DNA of 64,000 nt from positions 121,091 to 185,090 of the forward strand of contig JAIOOV010000004.1 in NCBI GenBank assembly GCA_021414235.1. Reading direction: 5' to 3'. The DNA is from Candidatus Parcubacteria bacterium (lineage in GTDB: Bacteria; Patescibacteriota; Minisyncoccia; Phycocordibacterales; JAKFXT01). This document shows positions 1-11,038 of the stretch, in pieces. The notes below the pieces were generated by a model. That model was given only the letters and a program-made list of their open reading frames with translations. It did no database searches and had not been told where the DNA came from. The position numbers were made by a program, and so were the translations under genes. The first letter of the stretch is position 1. Each line of letters starts with the position of its first letter.

Positions 1-170
1 CGGAGATCGTCGCTGATCGCGTGCAGTTCGGACCGAAAGGAGGACAGGGTGGCGGAAGCCGCGCTGCAGCGCCTGCTGGCGAGGCTCCTTCTGCAGGGAA
101 GAGCCAGCCGAAGGAGGATGCGATCGAGTACCCCGAGGAAGAGATTAATCCGGAAGACATTCCATTCTAA
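1..170 (+). CDS. ssb: single-stranded DNA-binding protein, C-terminal fragment (5' end outside window)
   Basis: In-frame translation ends ...GGQGGGS...KEDAIEYPEEEINPEDIPF*. A Gly-rich region with an acidic tail ending DIPF is typical of SSB, and the conserved ssb-rpsR adjacency is present. Confidence 0.6.
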   Translation, partial: EIVADRVQFGPKGGQGGGSRAAAPAGEAPSAGKSQPKEDAIEYPEEEINPEDIPF

Positions 171-173
171 AAT

Positions 174-374
174 ATGAAGCAGTGCTACTTTTCTCAGAAC
201 AACATACGCTATATAGACTATAAGGATATGGAACTCCTCAAGAAGTTCCTTAATCCCCATGGCCGCCTCATGTCGGGCAAGCGCACGGGTGTTTCCGCCA
301 AGAACCAGCGCCAGCTCTCAGTCGCGGTGAAGCGTGCTCGCTTCATGGGTCTCCTTCCGTATATCGCTCGGTAG
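174..374 (+). CDS. rpsR: 30S ribosomal protein S18
   Basis: 66 aa; IDYKDMELLKKFLNPHGRLMSGKRTGVSAKNQRQL...RARFMGLLPY matches the S18 signature. Confidence 0.9.
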   Translation: MKQCYFSQNNIRYIDYKDMELLKKFLNPHGRLMSGKRTGVSAKNQRQLSVAVKRARFMGLLPYIAR

Positions 375-383
375 ATCACAAAC

Positions 384-418
384 AAAAAAGCCGCTCCCTC
401 GGGAGCGGCTTTTTTGTT
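384..418. terminator. bidirectional rho-independent terminator
   Basis: aaaaaagccgctccc-tc-gggagcggcttttttg: a perfect GC-rich stem flanked by A-run and T-run, sitting between the convergent rpsR and efp genes. Confidence 0.8.
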
Positions 419-425
419 TGCAAAC

Positions 426-992
426 CTACGCCCGCTCCACGTACTCACCTGTCTCGGTATTCACCCGGATCATGTCGCCTTCATTCACGAAGAGGGGAGC
501 GTTCACGGTAGCGCCGGTCTCGAGGACGACTACCTTGGTGCCGCCCTGGGCGGTGTTGCCGCGGATGCTCGGCGGAGCTTCCGTCACTTTGAGGTCCATC
601 TTGATCGGCATCTTGAGGCCGACGATCTCGTCTTCGAAAGTCTGCAATTCCACGAGGAGGTTCGGCTTCATGAACTGCGCGCGGCTGCCAACGACAGCCA
701 TGTCCAGCTTGAAGCGCTGAGAGGGGTCCTTTTCTTCGCAGAACCAGAATTCACCCTTGGCGGTGTAGAGGTATTTGATGGTGCGGGTCTCGAGTTCTGC
801 CTCTTCGGCTTTCTCGGCGGCATGGAAGGAGTGCTCCACGACGCGTCCGGAGATGAGGTGGCGGAGCTTGGTCTGGTTCACCGGCTTACGCATCTGCTTG
901 CGGAAGACATGGGAGGAGAGGACTTCGTAGGGCTCGCCTTCGAAGACTATGAATTTCTTTCCAGTAATCTCGTTGTATTCAAGTATGGCCAT
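426..992 (-). CDS. efp: elongation factor P
   Basis: 188 aa; reads colinearly with EF-P (KKFIVFEGEPYEVL...TAKGEFWFCEE...GDMIRVNTETGEYVER). Confidence 0.9.
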   Translation of the reverse strand: MAILEYNEITGKKFIVFEGEPYEVLSSHVFRKQMRKPVNQTKLRHLISGRVVEHSFHAAEKAEEAELETRTIKYLYTAKGEFWFCEEKDPSQRFKLDMAVVGSRAQFMKPNLLVELQTFEDEIVGLKMPIKMDLKVTEAPPSIRGNTAQGGTKVVVLETGATVNAPLFVNEGDMIRVNTETGEYVERA

Positions 993-1114
993 ATATTGAG
1001 TGTGATGTCGCAGGCTATCCTAGCGGAGAGAGCCCGCTTTGTCCACGCGGGGAGTGGTGTGGAGAAGCGGTAGTACGGCTCGTCGTCCTTTCCTATATAC
1101 TGAACTCAATCTCT

Positions 1115-2293
1115 ATGCTCAGGCGCTTTCTCAATTTCGTCCAGTACAATAACGCGCTTCCGATCGCCCTCATGGTGATCTTCCTCTCGGTGAGCGGGGC
1201 CATGGCTGCGAGCCCCGATGCACGGGACGCGCTCTACTCGGCCCAATCCGCCGTCCGCTCCGTGGACAACACCTATCTGGCAGCGCTCAATCCCGATACC
1301 CGCGATTTCAAGCTGCGCATCGCCGCTATTACCGACGATGCCGACAAGTACTACATCGAATACTCTTTCAATACGGTAGATGTGAAGGACTATGTCTGGC
1401 AGGAGATACCGGTGACCAAGACCATGACGGTATCCAAGAAGGAACTACTGGGCGGTGACCTCGGTATATTCGTAGCCAAGGAGCTCTCCCAGCTCCTTGA
1501 TTCTCAGAGGTCGTATCTCGCAGGAGCCAAGAAGATCGCCCTCAAGGAAGGAGTGACCCAAAAGGTGGTGACCGTCGAGTATTCTGGCCTTGTCGGCAAG
1601 TTCCTCAATCCTACGGAGGAGACTTTCGCGGGCTACACGCCGACAAAGCCTGATACCGACGATCTGGCGGCGCCCGCAGCACCGACCACTATGCCGCCCT
1701 CTCTTCCGACCGAAGGTGGCTCGACCGTAGCTATCGCACCGAGCGTCTCCTTGCCCACGACTCCTCCGGCGCCGGATGCTGCTGCGGTCCGTGCCATGAT
1801 CGAAGAGGCGGTTCGTGCCGCTTTGGCGCAGAACGCAGCTAGCGTTGCGGCCGCCGCTGGAAGCACGAGCTCTTCTGGTTCTTCGGGCGGAGGCGCGAGC
1901 AGCTCGTCTTCTGTGACCCCCGCGGAAACCCCGACCGAGACGTCTTCTGCTGCTCCTACAGAAACTCCGACTGAGACAGCTTCCACTACTCCTACGGAAA
2001 CCCCGACCGAGACGGCGTCTTCTACACCTGCAGAAACAGAGCCTGCAGCTGCTCCGGACACCACACCGCCCACCATCACCCTTAGCGGTAATAACCCGGC
2101 TACGATACAGGTAGGCTCTTCGTATGTTGATTTGGGGGCCACGGTCACTGACAATGTGGATCAAGGCCTTGGCTTCACTATGACCCCGGATTCCGTGGAT
2201 ACTTCGACCACCAGCGTCCACACCCTCACCTTTACGGCCACGGACTCGGCAGGGAACACTACTTCGGTCACCCGGACGGTCAACGTGGAGTAG
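1115..2293 (+). CDS. secreted/surface protein with Pro/Thr/Ser-rich repeat linker and C-terminal Ig-like (DUF5011-like) domain
   Basis: N-terminal hydrophobic signal/anchor (ALPIALMVIFLSVSGAMAASP). Low-complexity TETPTETxS repeats. C-terminal PPTITLSGNNPATIQVGSSYVDLGATVTDNVD resembles the bacterial Ig-like DUF5011 domain. Confidence 0.55.
   Translation: MLRRFLNFVQYNNALPIALMVIFLSVSGAMAASPDARDALYSAQSAVRSVDNTYLAALNPDTRDFKLRIAAITDDADKYYIEYSFNTVDVKDYVWQEIPVTKTMTVSKKELLGGDLGIFVAKELSQLLDSQRSYLAGAKKIALKEGVTQKVVTVEYSGLVGKFLNPTEETFAGYTPTKPDTDDLAAPAAPTTMPPSLPTEGGSTVAIAPSVSLPTTPPAPDAAAVRAMIEEAVRAALAQNAASVAAAAGSTSSSGSSGGGASSSSSVTPAETPTETSSAAPTETPTETASTTPTETPTETASSTPAETEPAAAPDTTPPTITLSGNNPATIQVGSSYVDLGATVTDNVDQGLGFTMTPDSVDTSTTSVHTLTFTATDSAGNTTSVTRTVNVE
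1915..2045 (+). repeat. imperfect in-frame tandem repeat (~36 nt unit encoding TPTETPTETASS)
   Basis: gaaaccccgaccgagacg... recurs three times inside the 1115..2293 CDS. Confidence 0.6.
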
Positions 2294-2382
2294 CCCTGGA
2301 TTAGCCTCTTGCACGCTCCGGGCTTCCATAGTAGAGTATCCCCGATTCACGAGCGTAAGGCTCGCGTTTTCTTTTCCCTTAA

Positions 2383-2802
2383 ATGTCCACCATAAATCAG
2401 CTCGTGCGCCGCTCCCGGAAGCACAAGATCCGCAAATCTAAGACGGTCGCTCTGACCCGCGGTTTTAACGTTTTGAAGAACCGTCCGACCTTCTACCCCT
2501 CTCCCTTCAAGCGCGGCGTGTGCACCAAGGTGACCACCAAGACGCCGAAGAAGCCGAACTCCGCTATCCGTAAGATCGCTCGTGTGCGCCTCACCAACGG
2601 CCTTGAAGTGACCGCTTACATCCCGGGCGAGGGACACAACCTTCAGGAGCACTCTGTGGTAGTACTCCGCGGCGGCCGCGTGAAGGACATCGGACTTCGC
2701 TACACCATCGTGCGCGGCGTGCTCGACACGCAGGGTATCGACAAGCGTCGCAAGGCTCGCAGCCGTTACGGTACCAAGCTTCCTAAGGCTGCTAAGAAAT
2801 AA
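2383..2802 (+). CDS. rpsL: 30S ribosomal protein S12
   Basis: PTINQLVR-like N-terminus; [47 protein letters not shown]. Confidence 0.95.
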   Translation: MSTINQLVRRSRKHKIRKSKTVALTRGFNVLKNRPTFYPSPFKRGVCTKVTTKTPKKPNSAIRKIARVRLTNGLEVTAYIPGEGHNLQEHSVVVLRGGRVKDIGLRYTIVRGVLDTQGIDKRRKARSRYGTKLPKAAKK

Positions 2803-2804
2803 TC

Positions 2805-3275
2805 ATGCGTAGGAAAGTAAACAACAGGAATATCGCAGAAGCAGATCTCCGCTACCAGTCGGAGAAGCTCGGCAAATTCATAAACTACTGCATGCAGGCA
2901 GGTCGCAAGGACGCTGCTCGCAAGGTGGTCTATGGCGCGCTCGACATCATCAAGGAGAAGCTCAAGGTAGAGGCTCCGCTTGAGGTCTTCGAGAACGCGC
3001 TTCGCAATGCCGGTCCTACCATGGAGGTGCGCTCCCGCCGCGTCGGCGGCGCCAACTACCAGGTACCCCGCGAGGTGCGCCCAGAGCGCCGTCAGGCACT
3101 CGCGTTCCGCTGGATCATCGATGCTGCGGAAGCTAAGAAGGGAAAGCCCATGGCTGAGAAGCTCGCGGAGGAACTCATTGCTGCCAACAACAACGAGGGC
3201 GAGGCTATCAAGAAGAAGGACAACACCCACAAGATGGCAGAGGCCAACAAGGCCTTCGCTCACTTCGCCTGGTAG
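2805..3275 (+). CDS. rpsG: 30S ribosomal protein S7
   Basis: 156 aa with S7 signature; sits in str-operon position after rpsL. Confidence 0.95.
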   Translation: MRRKVNNRNIAEADLRYQSEKLGKFINYCMQAGRKDAARKVVYGALDIIKEKLKVEAPLEVFENALRNAGPTMEVRSRRVGGANYQVPREVRPERRQALAFRWIIDAAEAKKGKPMAEKLAEELIAANNNEGEAIKKKDNTHKMAEANKAFAHFAW

Positions 3276-3356
3276 TTTCGCGTGCGAAACTGCAGAAGCC
3301 TATCCCCGCTGTTTCGACGCTAGTGTAGTAATACAGAATCAAATTTAAATATAACT

Positions 3357-5495
3357 ATGGAACGAGACTATCCGCTGGAGAAAGTACGCAATTTCGGAAT
3401 CATCGCCCACATCGACGCGGGTAAGACGACCACGTCCGAGCGCATCCTCTACTACACGGGTATGACGCATAAGATCGGTGAGGTGCACGACGGCGAGACC
3501 GTGACCGACTGGATGGAACAGGAGCGCGAGCGCGGCATCACCATCACCGCAGCTGCCATCACCTGTTTCTGGAAGCGTACTGACGAAGCCTCCGCGGACA
3601 AGGACAAGATGTTCCGCTTCAACATCATCGATACCCCGGGACACATCGACTTCACCGTGGAAGTGAAGCGCTCCCTCCGCGTGCTCGACGGCGCAGTGGT
3701 GGTCTTCGACGGCGTCGCCGGCGTTGAACCTCAGTCCGAGACCAACTGGCGCTATGCGGACGAAGCCAACGTGCCTCGTATCTGCTTCATCAACAAGCTC
3801 GACCGCACCGGTGCTTCTTTCGAGCGCTCCTACGCAAGTATCCTCGACCGTCTCTCCAAGAACGCCGTACGCGTGCAGATCCCGATAGGGGAGGAAGACG
3901 CTCATGAAGGCGTCATCGACCTTCTGCGCATGAAGGCCTTCTATTTCGAAGGCGAGATGGGCAATAAGATTATAGAGAAGGATATCCCTGAGAATCTCAA
4001 GGCGGATGCAGAGAAGTATCGCTTGGAGCTCGTGGAGCGCATCGCTGCAGAAGATGAGAAGCTCATGGGTGATTACCTCGAAGGCAAGGAGATCCCGCTT
4101 GCAGAACTTAAGCGCGTCCTCCGCGAGGCTACTCTCAAGGTGAAGCTCATCCCGGTCTACACCGGCTCCGCACTCAAGAACAAGGGTGTGCAGCTCGTGC
4201 TCGACGGCGTGGTGGATTACCTTCCGTCTCCTCTCGATATCCCGCCGATCGTCGGTACCGACCCAGTCACCGGAGCGGAAGTCATTCGCCATGCGGACGA
4301 CAAAGAGCCGTTCTCCGCGCTCGCTTTCAAGCTCCAGGCAGACCCGTTCGTGGGTCAGCTCACCTTCTTCCGCGTCTACTCCGGCACCATTGAGGCGGGC
4401 ACCTACATGTACAACTCCACCACTGGCGAGAAGGAGCGTCTCGGCCGCATCGTGCGTCTCCAGGCCAACGAGCGCGAAGAAGTGAAGAAGGTCTTCGCAG
4501 GCGAAATCGCTGCCGCGGTGGGCCTCAAGAACGCCAAGACCTCTCATACGCTCTGTGATGAGAATCAGCCGATCGTGCTCGAGCAGATCAAATTCCCTGA
4601 GCCGGTGGTCTCCCTCCGCATCGAGCCGAAGACTAAGGCTGACCAGGAGAAGATGGGTATGGCCCTCAAGCGCCTCTCGGACGAAGACCCGACGTTCCGT
4701 GTCTCAAGCGATCCTGAGACCATGGAGACGATCATCTCCGGCATGGGTGAGCTTCACCTCGAAATCTTGGTGGACCGCATGAAGCGCGAATTTAGCGTGG
4801 AAGCGAATGTCGGCAAGCCGCAGGTGGCCTACAAGGAGACCATCACCAAGGAGGCTGAGCAGGAAATTAAATACATCAAGCAGACCGGCGGCCGCGGTCA
4901 GTACGGTCACGTGAAGATCCGCATCCGTCCTCTCGGTCCTGAACCGGAAGAGCTTCCTAAGAACACCAAGCGTTCGGAAGGCTTCGAGTTCATCAACAAC
5001 ATCAAGGGCGGTGTTATTCCTCAGGAATACATCCCGGCGGTGGAAAAGGGTCTCAAGGAGGGAATGGAGCGCGGTATACTTGCTCACTTCAAGCTGGTCA
5101 ACGTATCTGTGGAGCTCTACGACGGTTCCTACCACGATGTGGACTCCTCGGAAATCGCCTTCAAGATCGCCGCTTCCCAGGCGCTCCAGGAAGGAGCCCA
5201 GAAGGCCGGTCCGGTCATCCTCGAGCCGATCATGAAGGTGGAGATCGTCACCCCGGAGAAGTTCATGGGAGACGTCACCGGCAACCTCTCTTCCAAGCGC
5301 GCCCAGATCGAGGCTATGGAAGAGCGCGGCATGAATCGCGTGGTGCGTGCCAAGGTGCCGCTCTCTGAGATGTTTGGCTTCACTACCATCCTCCGCTCTC
5401 TCACCGAAGGTCGTGCGACTCCGTCCATGGAGTTCAGCCACTACGATGTTGTCCCTGGTAACGTAGCCAAGACGATCATCGAGTCTCGTCAGTAA
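3357..5495 (+). CDS. fusA: elongation factor G
   Basis: 712 aa; [15 protein letters not shown]...DTPGHIDF G-domain plus EF-G domains II-V. Confidence 0.97.
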   Translation: MERDYPLEKVRNFGIIAHIDAGKTTTSERILYYTGMTHKIGEVHDGETVTDWMEQERERGITITAAAITCFWKRTDEASADKDKMFRFNIIDTPGHIDFTVEVKRSLRVLDGAVVVFDGVAGVEPQSETNWRYADEANVPRICFINKLDRTGASFERSYASILDRLSKNAVRVQIPIGEEDAHEGVIDLLRMKAFYFEGEMGNKIIEKDIPENLKADAEKYRLELVERIAAEDEKLMGDYLEGKEIPLAELKRVLREATLKVKLIPVYTGSALKNKGVQLVLDGVVDYLPSPLDIPPIVGTDPVTGAEVIRHADDKEPFSALAFKLQADPFVGQLTFFRVYSGTIEAGTYMYNSTTGEKERLGRIVRLQANEREEVKKVFAGEIAAAVGLKNAKTSHTLCDENQPIVLEQIKFPEPVVSLRIEPKTKADQEKMGMALKRLSDEDPTFRVSSDPETMETIISGMGELHLEILVDRMKREFSVEANVGKPQVAYKETITKEAEQEIKYIKQTGGRGQYGHVKIRIRPLGPEPEELPKNTKRSEGFEFINNIKGGVIPQEYIPAVEKGLKEGMERGILAHFKLVNVSVELYDGSYHDVDSSEIAFKIAASQALQEGAQKAGPVILEPIMKVEIVTPEKFMGDVTGNLSSKRAQIEAMEERGMNRVVRAKVPLSEMFGFTTILRSLTEGRATPSMEFSHYDVVPGNVAKTIIESRQ

Positions 5496-5507
5496 TTTCT
5501 TACTCGT

Positions 5508-5537
5508 AAATCCCCCGCCCGAAAGGGTGGGGGATTT
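5508..5537 (+). terminator. rho-independent terminator after fusA
   Basis: aaatcccccgccc-gaaa-gggtgggggattt followed by ttttt. Confidence 0.75.
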
Positions 5538-5991
5538 ACATTTTTGTAAGAACGTGTTAGATTGCAAGCATAGCAACGCCACGGGGCGCTGTTTTATTTT
5601 TGCTCTTTATGTGGGGGAATCAGGAATTGTTGTCTTCCAAAGAAATTCGACCCGTTCGAGCCCTGTGGGGCGACAAAAAACGGGAATGGCTCGGGGTGCC
5701 CGAGATCGCCCCGGAAGCTCCGGCTAGCGATGGTTCGGAATCAACCCAGGCCGGAGAGGATGATTAGAAACATCCACTCCGAAATAAGGACCCCGTCTGC
5801 GCTTGCGCATTCGGGGTCTCGTCATACCCGAAGGGAGAGGGGGTCTCAGGGTTGACCGCTCAGGGTGCTTTTGTTACACTCCACCTCACTGCACTTTCCG
5901 TGCTTTTTGCATTTAATTATCAGCTCGGGTCGTTCCTAGGTCTGGCATTTTCGCGAAGCTAGACGTAGGAATAACCTCAACCAAAAAATCT

Positions 5992-7191
<1,200 letters not shown>

Positions 7192-7231
7192 CTCGAATCT
7201 TTAATTCTGTACCTTTAAGAGCCTTCAACTC

Positions 7232-7606
7232 ATGACTGCAAAGACTGCAACTGCTGCTCCTAAGAGAAAGGCTGCTCCTAAGGCTGCGGAGAAGAACGAT
7301 TCTGCTAAGCTCCGTATCCGCGTACGCGCCTACGAGCACAAGATTCTGGACACTTCTGTGCGCCAGATTATGGACACCGCCCTCCGCTATGATGCGGAGG
7401 TAGTAGGCCCGGTACCGCTCCCGACTGAGATCAAGAAGTACACCGTGAACCGCTCCGCCTTCATCTTCAAGGATGCTCGTGAGCAGTTCGAGATGCGCGT
7501 CTACAAGCGCTTGGTGGACATCATCAACCCGAACGCCAAGGTCATCGAAGCTCTTACCAACATCTCTCTCCCGTCTGGCGTGTCCATCGACGTGAAGATG
7601 ATGTAA
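7232..7606 (+). CDS. rpsJ: 30S ribosomal protein S10 (with Lys/Ala-rich N-terminal extension)
   Basis: LRIRVRAYEHKILDTSVRQIMDTA...VNRSAFIFKDAREQFEMRVYKRLVDI core, preceded by ~25 extra N-terminal residues. Confidence 0.9.
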   Translation: MTAKTATAAPKRKAAPKAAEKNDSAKLRIRVRAYEHKILDTSVRQIMDTALRYDAEVVGPVPLPTEIKKYTVNRSAFIFKDAREQFEMRVYKRLVDIINPNAKVIEALTNISLPSGVSIDVKMM

Positions 7607-7716
7607 GGCTGCGAGGCCTTGTGTTTCCAAGGGAGCCGTGTATACTGCCCCTCATTGCGCTACGTACCCCCTAAGGAGGGGAGACCAATGGCCGAGGCCC
7701 TCTTTTGACTAGAGAA

Positions 7717-7748
7717 AGGCCCCGTCCATTGGTGGACGGGGCCTTTCG
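7717..7748 (+). promoter_or_regulatory. strong stem-loop between rpsJ and rplC (14-bp perfect stem, loop TTGG), not followed by a T-run
   Basis: aaaggccccgtcca-ttgg-tggacggggccttt read directly. Also nearby: a smaller cccct-aagg-agggg hairpin and an SD-like aaggagg followed by a 6-codon mini-ORF (MAEALF*). Confidence 0.4.
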
Positions 7749-7758
7749 TTTAACCCAA

Positions 7759-8370
7759 GTGAAATTCATCCTCGGCACAAAGGAATACATGACGCAGGTC
7801 TTCGATGAGAAGGGTCGTGTTCATGCTGGTACGGTCATCTCCGCCGGTCCTTTGACTGTTGTCCAGGTGAAGGGGAAGGACAACGAGGGTTACGAGAGTG
7901 TCCAGGTAGGCCTCGGCGTCCAGAAGGAAAGCCGTCTCTCTAAGGCGGAGGTGGGGCACTCCAAGGATGCCGGCCTCTTTAAGCACCTCCGCGAGTTCCG
8001 TCTCTCTGAGCCGGGTACGCTCGCTAAGGGCGACAAGATAGGTGTGGACACCTTCGCTCCCGGGGATGTGGTGGAGGTGCGCGGTACTTCCAAGGGTAAG
8101 GGCTTCCAGGGCGTGGTTAAGCGCCACGGTTTCTCCGGTGGCCCTCGTTCTCACGGCCAGTCGCACTCCGAGCGTGAGCCGGGTTCGATCGGTGGCGGTC
8201 TCCGCAGCCGCGTGCCGAAGGGGATGCGTATGGCAGGCCGCACGGGAAGCGACACGGTCTTTGTGAAGAATCTCAAGGTTCTCCACATCGATGCTGAGCA
8301 GAACCTCATCGTCATCTCCGGCGCCGTGCCGGGACGCCGCGGCTCGATCGTGGAGATCATCTCCCGATAA
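7759..8370 (+). CDS. rplC: 50S ribosomal protein L3
   Basis: L3 homology begins at VKFILGTKEYMTQVFDEKG (GTG at 7759). The tracked ORF starts at 7705, but its first 18 codons overlap the hairpin and have no L3 counterpart. Confidence 0.85.
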   Translation: MKFILGTKEYMTQVFDEKGRVHAGTVISAGPLTVVQVKGKDNEGYESVQVGLGVQKESRLSKAEVGHSKDAGLFKHLREFRLSEPGTLAKGDKIGVDTFAPGDVVEVRGTSKGKGFQGVVKRHGFSGGPRSHGQSHSEREPGSIGGGLRSRVPKGMRMAGRTGSDTVFVKNLKVLHIDAEQNLIVISGAVPGRRGSIVEIISR

Positions 8371-8378
8371 ATTTCTAT

Positions 8379-9044
8379 ATGGAAGCTATTACATACAACA
8401 ACAAAGGTAAGGAGGCTGGCTCCATCGAGCTCCCGGAGAAGATCTTCGGCGCTAAGTGGAATGCCGACCTCGTGCATCAGGTGGTGACCTCGATGCTCTC
8501 GAGCCGCCGTCAGGGTTCTGCGCACACCAAGGATCGCGGCGAAGTACGCGGTGGCGGTCGTAAGCCGTGGAAGCAGAAGGGTACTGGCCGAGCTCGTCAT
8601 GGTTCCATCCGCTCTCCGTTGTGGCGTGGCGGCGGCACCACCTTCGGCCCTCGCGCGGACAAGAACTATGCCCGCAAGGTCAACCGCAAGATGAGTGCGG
8701 CGGCGCTTGCTTCCGTCCTCTCCCAGAAGCTCCGCGACGGCGAGATCCTCTTCGTCGAGAGCCTCTCTTTGACCACTCCTCGCACCAAGGAAGCTTCTTC
8801 CTTCCTCAAGACCTTTGCTTCCATCAAGGGCTTTGAGAAGATGGGCGCACGCCGGGGTATGAGCGTCGTCTTGGCTCTCCCGAAGCGTGAGGTCTCGCTT
8901 GATCGCGGCTTCCGCAACATCGGCACGGTCACTGTGGAGGAGGCGCGCAACCTGAACGCCGCTGACCTTCTCGCACACCGCTATCTCGCGGTCGTCGATC
9001 CGAAGGGCTTTGTGGAGGCCATCTCCGCCCGTTTCTCTAAATAA
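8379..9044 (+). CDS. rplD: 50S ribosomal protein L4
   Basis: 221 aa; GGGRKPWKQKGTGRARHGSIRSPLWRGGG. Confidence 0.9.
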   Translation: MEAITYNNKGKEAGSIELPEKIFGAKWNADLVHQVVTSMLSSRRQGSAHTKDRGEVRGGGRKPWKQKGTGRARHGSIRSPLWRGGGTTFGPRADKNYARKVNRKMSAAALASVLSQKLRDGEILFVESLSLTTPRTKEASSFLKTFASIKGFEKMGARRGMSVVLALPKREVSLDRGFRNIGTVTVEEARNLNAADLLAHRYLAVVDPKGFVEAISARFSK

Positions 9045-9049
9045 TTACT

Positions 9050-9406
9050 ATGGCTCTCTTCTCACGCACAAAGAAAAAGACTGCAGCTCCGGAGAAAAAG
9101 GCTCCTGTGCTTAAGGAAGCCGCCGTACTTTCTCCGCGCGCTTCCGCTATCGTCAATCTGCGCGTCACCGAGAAGGCCACCAAGGAGAGCGAGCAGAACA
9201 CCTACACTTTCAATGTTCGTTCGAATGCCACCAAGACCGAGATCAAGGAAGCCGTGCGCGGCCTCTACAAGGTGGAGCCGGTCAAGGTGAGCGTTGTGAC
9301 GGTGCGCGGCAAGGTGCTCTTCCAGAAAGGGAAGCGCGGTCACACCTCCGGAGGCAAGAAGGCCTACGTCACCCTGAAGAAGGGCGATCAGATCGAATTC
9401 ATATAA
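9050..9406 (+). CDS. rplW: 50S ribosomal protein L23
   Basis: 118 aa; L23 fold motif FNVRSNATKTEIKEAVRGLYKVEPVKVSV. Confidence 0.9.
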   Translation: MALFSRTKKKTAAPEKKAPVLKEAAVLSPRASAIVNLRVTEKATKESEQNTYTFNVRSNATKTEIKEAVRGLYKVEPVKVSVVTVRGKVLFQKGKRGHTSGGKKAYVTLKKGDQIEFI

Positions 9407-9411
9407 CTATT

Positions 9412-10260
9412 ATGAAAAGCTATACCCCGCATACGCCGTCGCGCCGCAACATGACCACCGTCACTTACCGTGGCGTGCTCTCTAACGTGCGCCCGGAGAA
9501 GACGCTCCTCTCCGGAGGTAAGCGCCGCGCGGGCCGCAACCACGGCGGACGCATCAGCATGCGCCACCAGGGCGGCGGGCATAAGCGCCGCTTCCGCATG
9601 GTGGATTTCCACTTCGTCGACAAGATAGATGTGCCGGCAGTGGTGAAGACTCTTGAGTACGATCCGAGCCGCTCCGGCTTCATCGCCCTCCTGCAGTACA
9701 AGGACGGTGAGAAGCGTTACGCGCTCGCACCGAAGTCTGTCGCTATAGGCTCCACCATCATCACCGCGGAGAAGGCGCCGCTCACCCCAGGCAACCGCCT
9801 CCTCCTCAAGCACATCCCGGTAGGAACCTTCGTCTACAACATCGAAGTGAAGCCTCGCGGCGGCGCTAAGATGGTACGCAGCGCCGGCAACTACGCGGAG
9901 GTGGTGGCGCAGGATGCGGGCTACACCCACATCAAGCTTCCTTCCACCGAAGTGCGCCGTATCCAGGACAATGCCTGGGCGTCCGTGGGCGAGGTGTCCA
10001 ATGACGAGCATCACCTCGAGCACATCGGCAAGGCGGGACGTGCTCGCTGGATGGGTATCCGCCCTACTGTTCGTGGTTCGGCCATGAACCCGGTGGATCA
10101 CCCGTACGGCGGCGGCGAAGGCCGCCAGGGCAGGGGAACCCGCTACCCGAAGACTCTTTGGGGCAAGCACGTCGGCAAGGGCCAGCGTTCTCGCCGTCCC
10201 AAGAAGTACTCGAATCGCTTGGTGGTCAGCCGCCGCCGTGTGGGCAAGAAGCGCGACTAA
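9412..10260 (+). CDS. rplB: 50S ribosomal protein L2
   Basis: 282 aa; GRNHGGRISMRHQGGGHKRRFR...MNPVDHPYGGGEGR. Confidence 0.95.
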   Translation: MKSYTPHTPSRRNMTTVTYRGVLSNVRPEKTLLSGGKRRAGRNHGGRISMRHQGGGHKRRFRMVDFHFVDKIDVPAVVKTLEYDPSRSGFIALLQYKDGEKRYALAPKSVAIGSTIITAEKAPLTPGNRLLLKHIPVGTFVYNIEVKPRGGAKMVRSAGNYAEVVAQDAGYTHIKLPSTEVRRIQDNAWASVGEVSNDEHHLEHIGKAGRARWMGIRPTVRGSAMNPVDHPYGGGEGRQGRGTRYPKTLWGKHVGKGQRSRRPKKYSNRLVVSRRRVGKKRD

Positions 10261-10354
10261 ATCGCACTTCTAGGGCCTCAGTTCTCGTTGACATTGACCC
10301 CCTCAGCAGGTACTATGCGCCCACCGGCTCGTTTCGAGCTTTTTGTTTTATCTC

Positions 10355-10705
10355 ATGACCCGATCACTCTCTAAAGGACCCTATATCGACCCCAAGCTCT
10401 TGAAAAAGATCGTGGGTAAGCGCCCTGTCTCTACAGGCGTCATTAAGACGTGGTCTCGCCGCAGCCAGATCTCTCCGGAGATGGTCGGCTTCACCTTCGG
10501 CGTCTACAACGGCAAGATCCACATCGACGTGCTCGTCTCTGAGGATATGGTGGGACATCGCTTGGGCGAGTTCTCTCCGACCCGCAAGTTCGTGAAGCAC
10601 GGCGGTAAGATGCAGAAGGAAATGGAGCAGAAGAAGAAGGAGGCCGAGATCGCGAGCGCCGCCGCTGCCAAGACCCCTGCCGCCGCAGCCCCCGCTAAGA
10701 AATAA
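10355..10705 (+). CDS. rpsS: 30S ribosomal protein S19 (with Lys/Ala-rich C-terminal extension)
   Basis: [20 protein letters not shown]...[13 protein letters not shown] core plus a ~30-aa [29 protein letters not shown] tail. Confidence 0.9.
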   Translation: MTRSLSKGPYIDPKLLKKIVGKRPVSTGVIKTWSRRSQISPEMVGFTFGVYNGKIHIDVLVSEDMVGHRLGEFSPTRKFVKHGGKMQKEMEQKKKEAEIASAAAAKTPAAAAPAKK

Positions 10706-10707
10706 GC

Positions 10708-11031
10708 ATGAAAGCCTCTCTTCAGAACTATCGCCAGTCTCCGCGCAAAGTGCGCCTCGTGGCCTCTCTCCTCAAGGGGAAGGGTGTGGATGCTGCGGTA
10801 GTACACCTCAACTTCCTGATGAAGCGCGCTGCGCTCCCCATCAGGAAGCTCATCGAGTCCGCTGTCGCGAACGCAGTAGCGCAGGGGGCTTCCCGCGAGG
10901 CGCTCGTCATAAAGAAGCTCGTCGTCGACAAGGGTCTGGTGCTGCGCCGCTCCATGCCGCGTGCACGTGGATCCGCGAGCCCGATCAAGAAGCGCTCTTC
11001 GCACGTCGTCGTGGAGCTCGGCACCCGTTAA
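10708..11031 (+). CDS. rplV: 50S ribosomal protein L22
   Basis: 107 aa; SPRKVRLVASLLKGKGVDAAVVHLNF. Confidence 0.9.
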   Translation: MKASLQNYRQSPRKVRLVASLLKGKGVDAAVVHLNFLMKRAALPIRKLIESAVANAVAQGASREALVIKKLVVDKGLVLRRSMPRARGSASPIKKRSSHVVVELGTR

Positions 11032-11038
11032 ATTTTAT

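Noticed and set aside
3345-4547. 400-aa minus-strand ORF, plus many similar long ORFs antisense to fusA, tuf, rpsC, secY, pilB, pilT and pilC (e.g. 5977..6966, 11042..12442, 16615..17736, 39332..40987, 42129..44201, 1445..2350)
   Set aside because: High-GC antisense artefacts. Their translations are Arg/Ala/Gly-rich with no motifs, and each lies wholly inside a well-supported conserved gene on the opposite strand.
5618-5660. tmRNA-like 5' motif GGGGGAAUCAGGAAUUG in the fusA-tuf spacer
   Set aside because: No matching tRNA-like 3' end nearby, and the genuine tmRNA with all hallmarks is at 27006..27412.
5527-5727. 66-aa ORF in the fusA-tuf spacer
   Set aside because: Starts inside the fusA terminator hairpin, and its composition and hairpin content argue for non-coding RNA structure instead.
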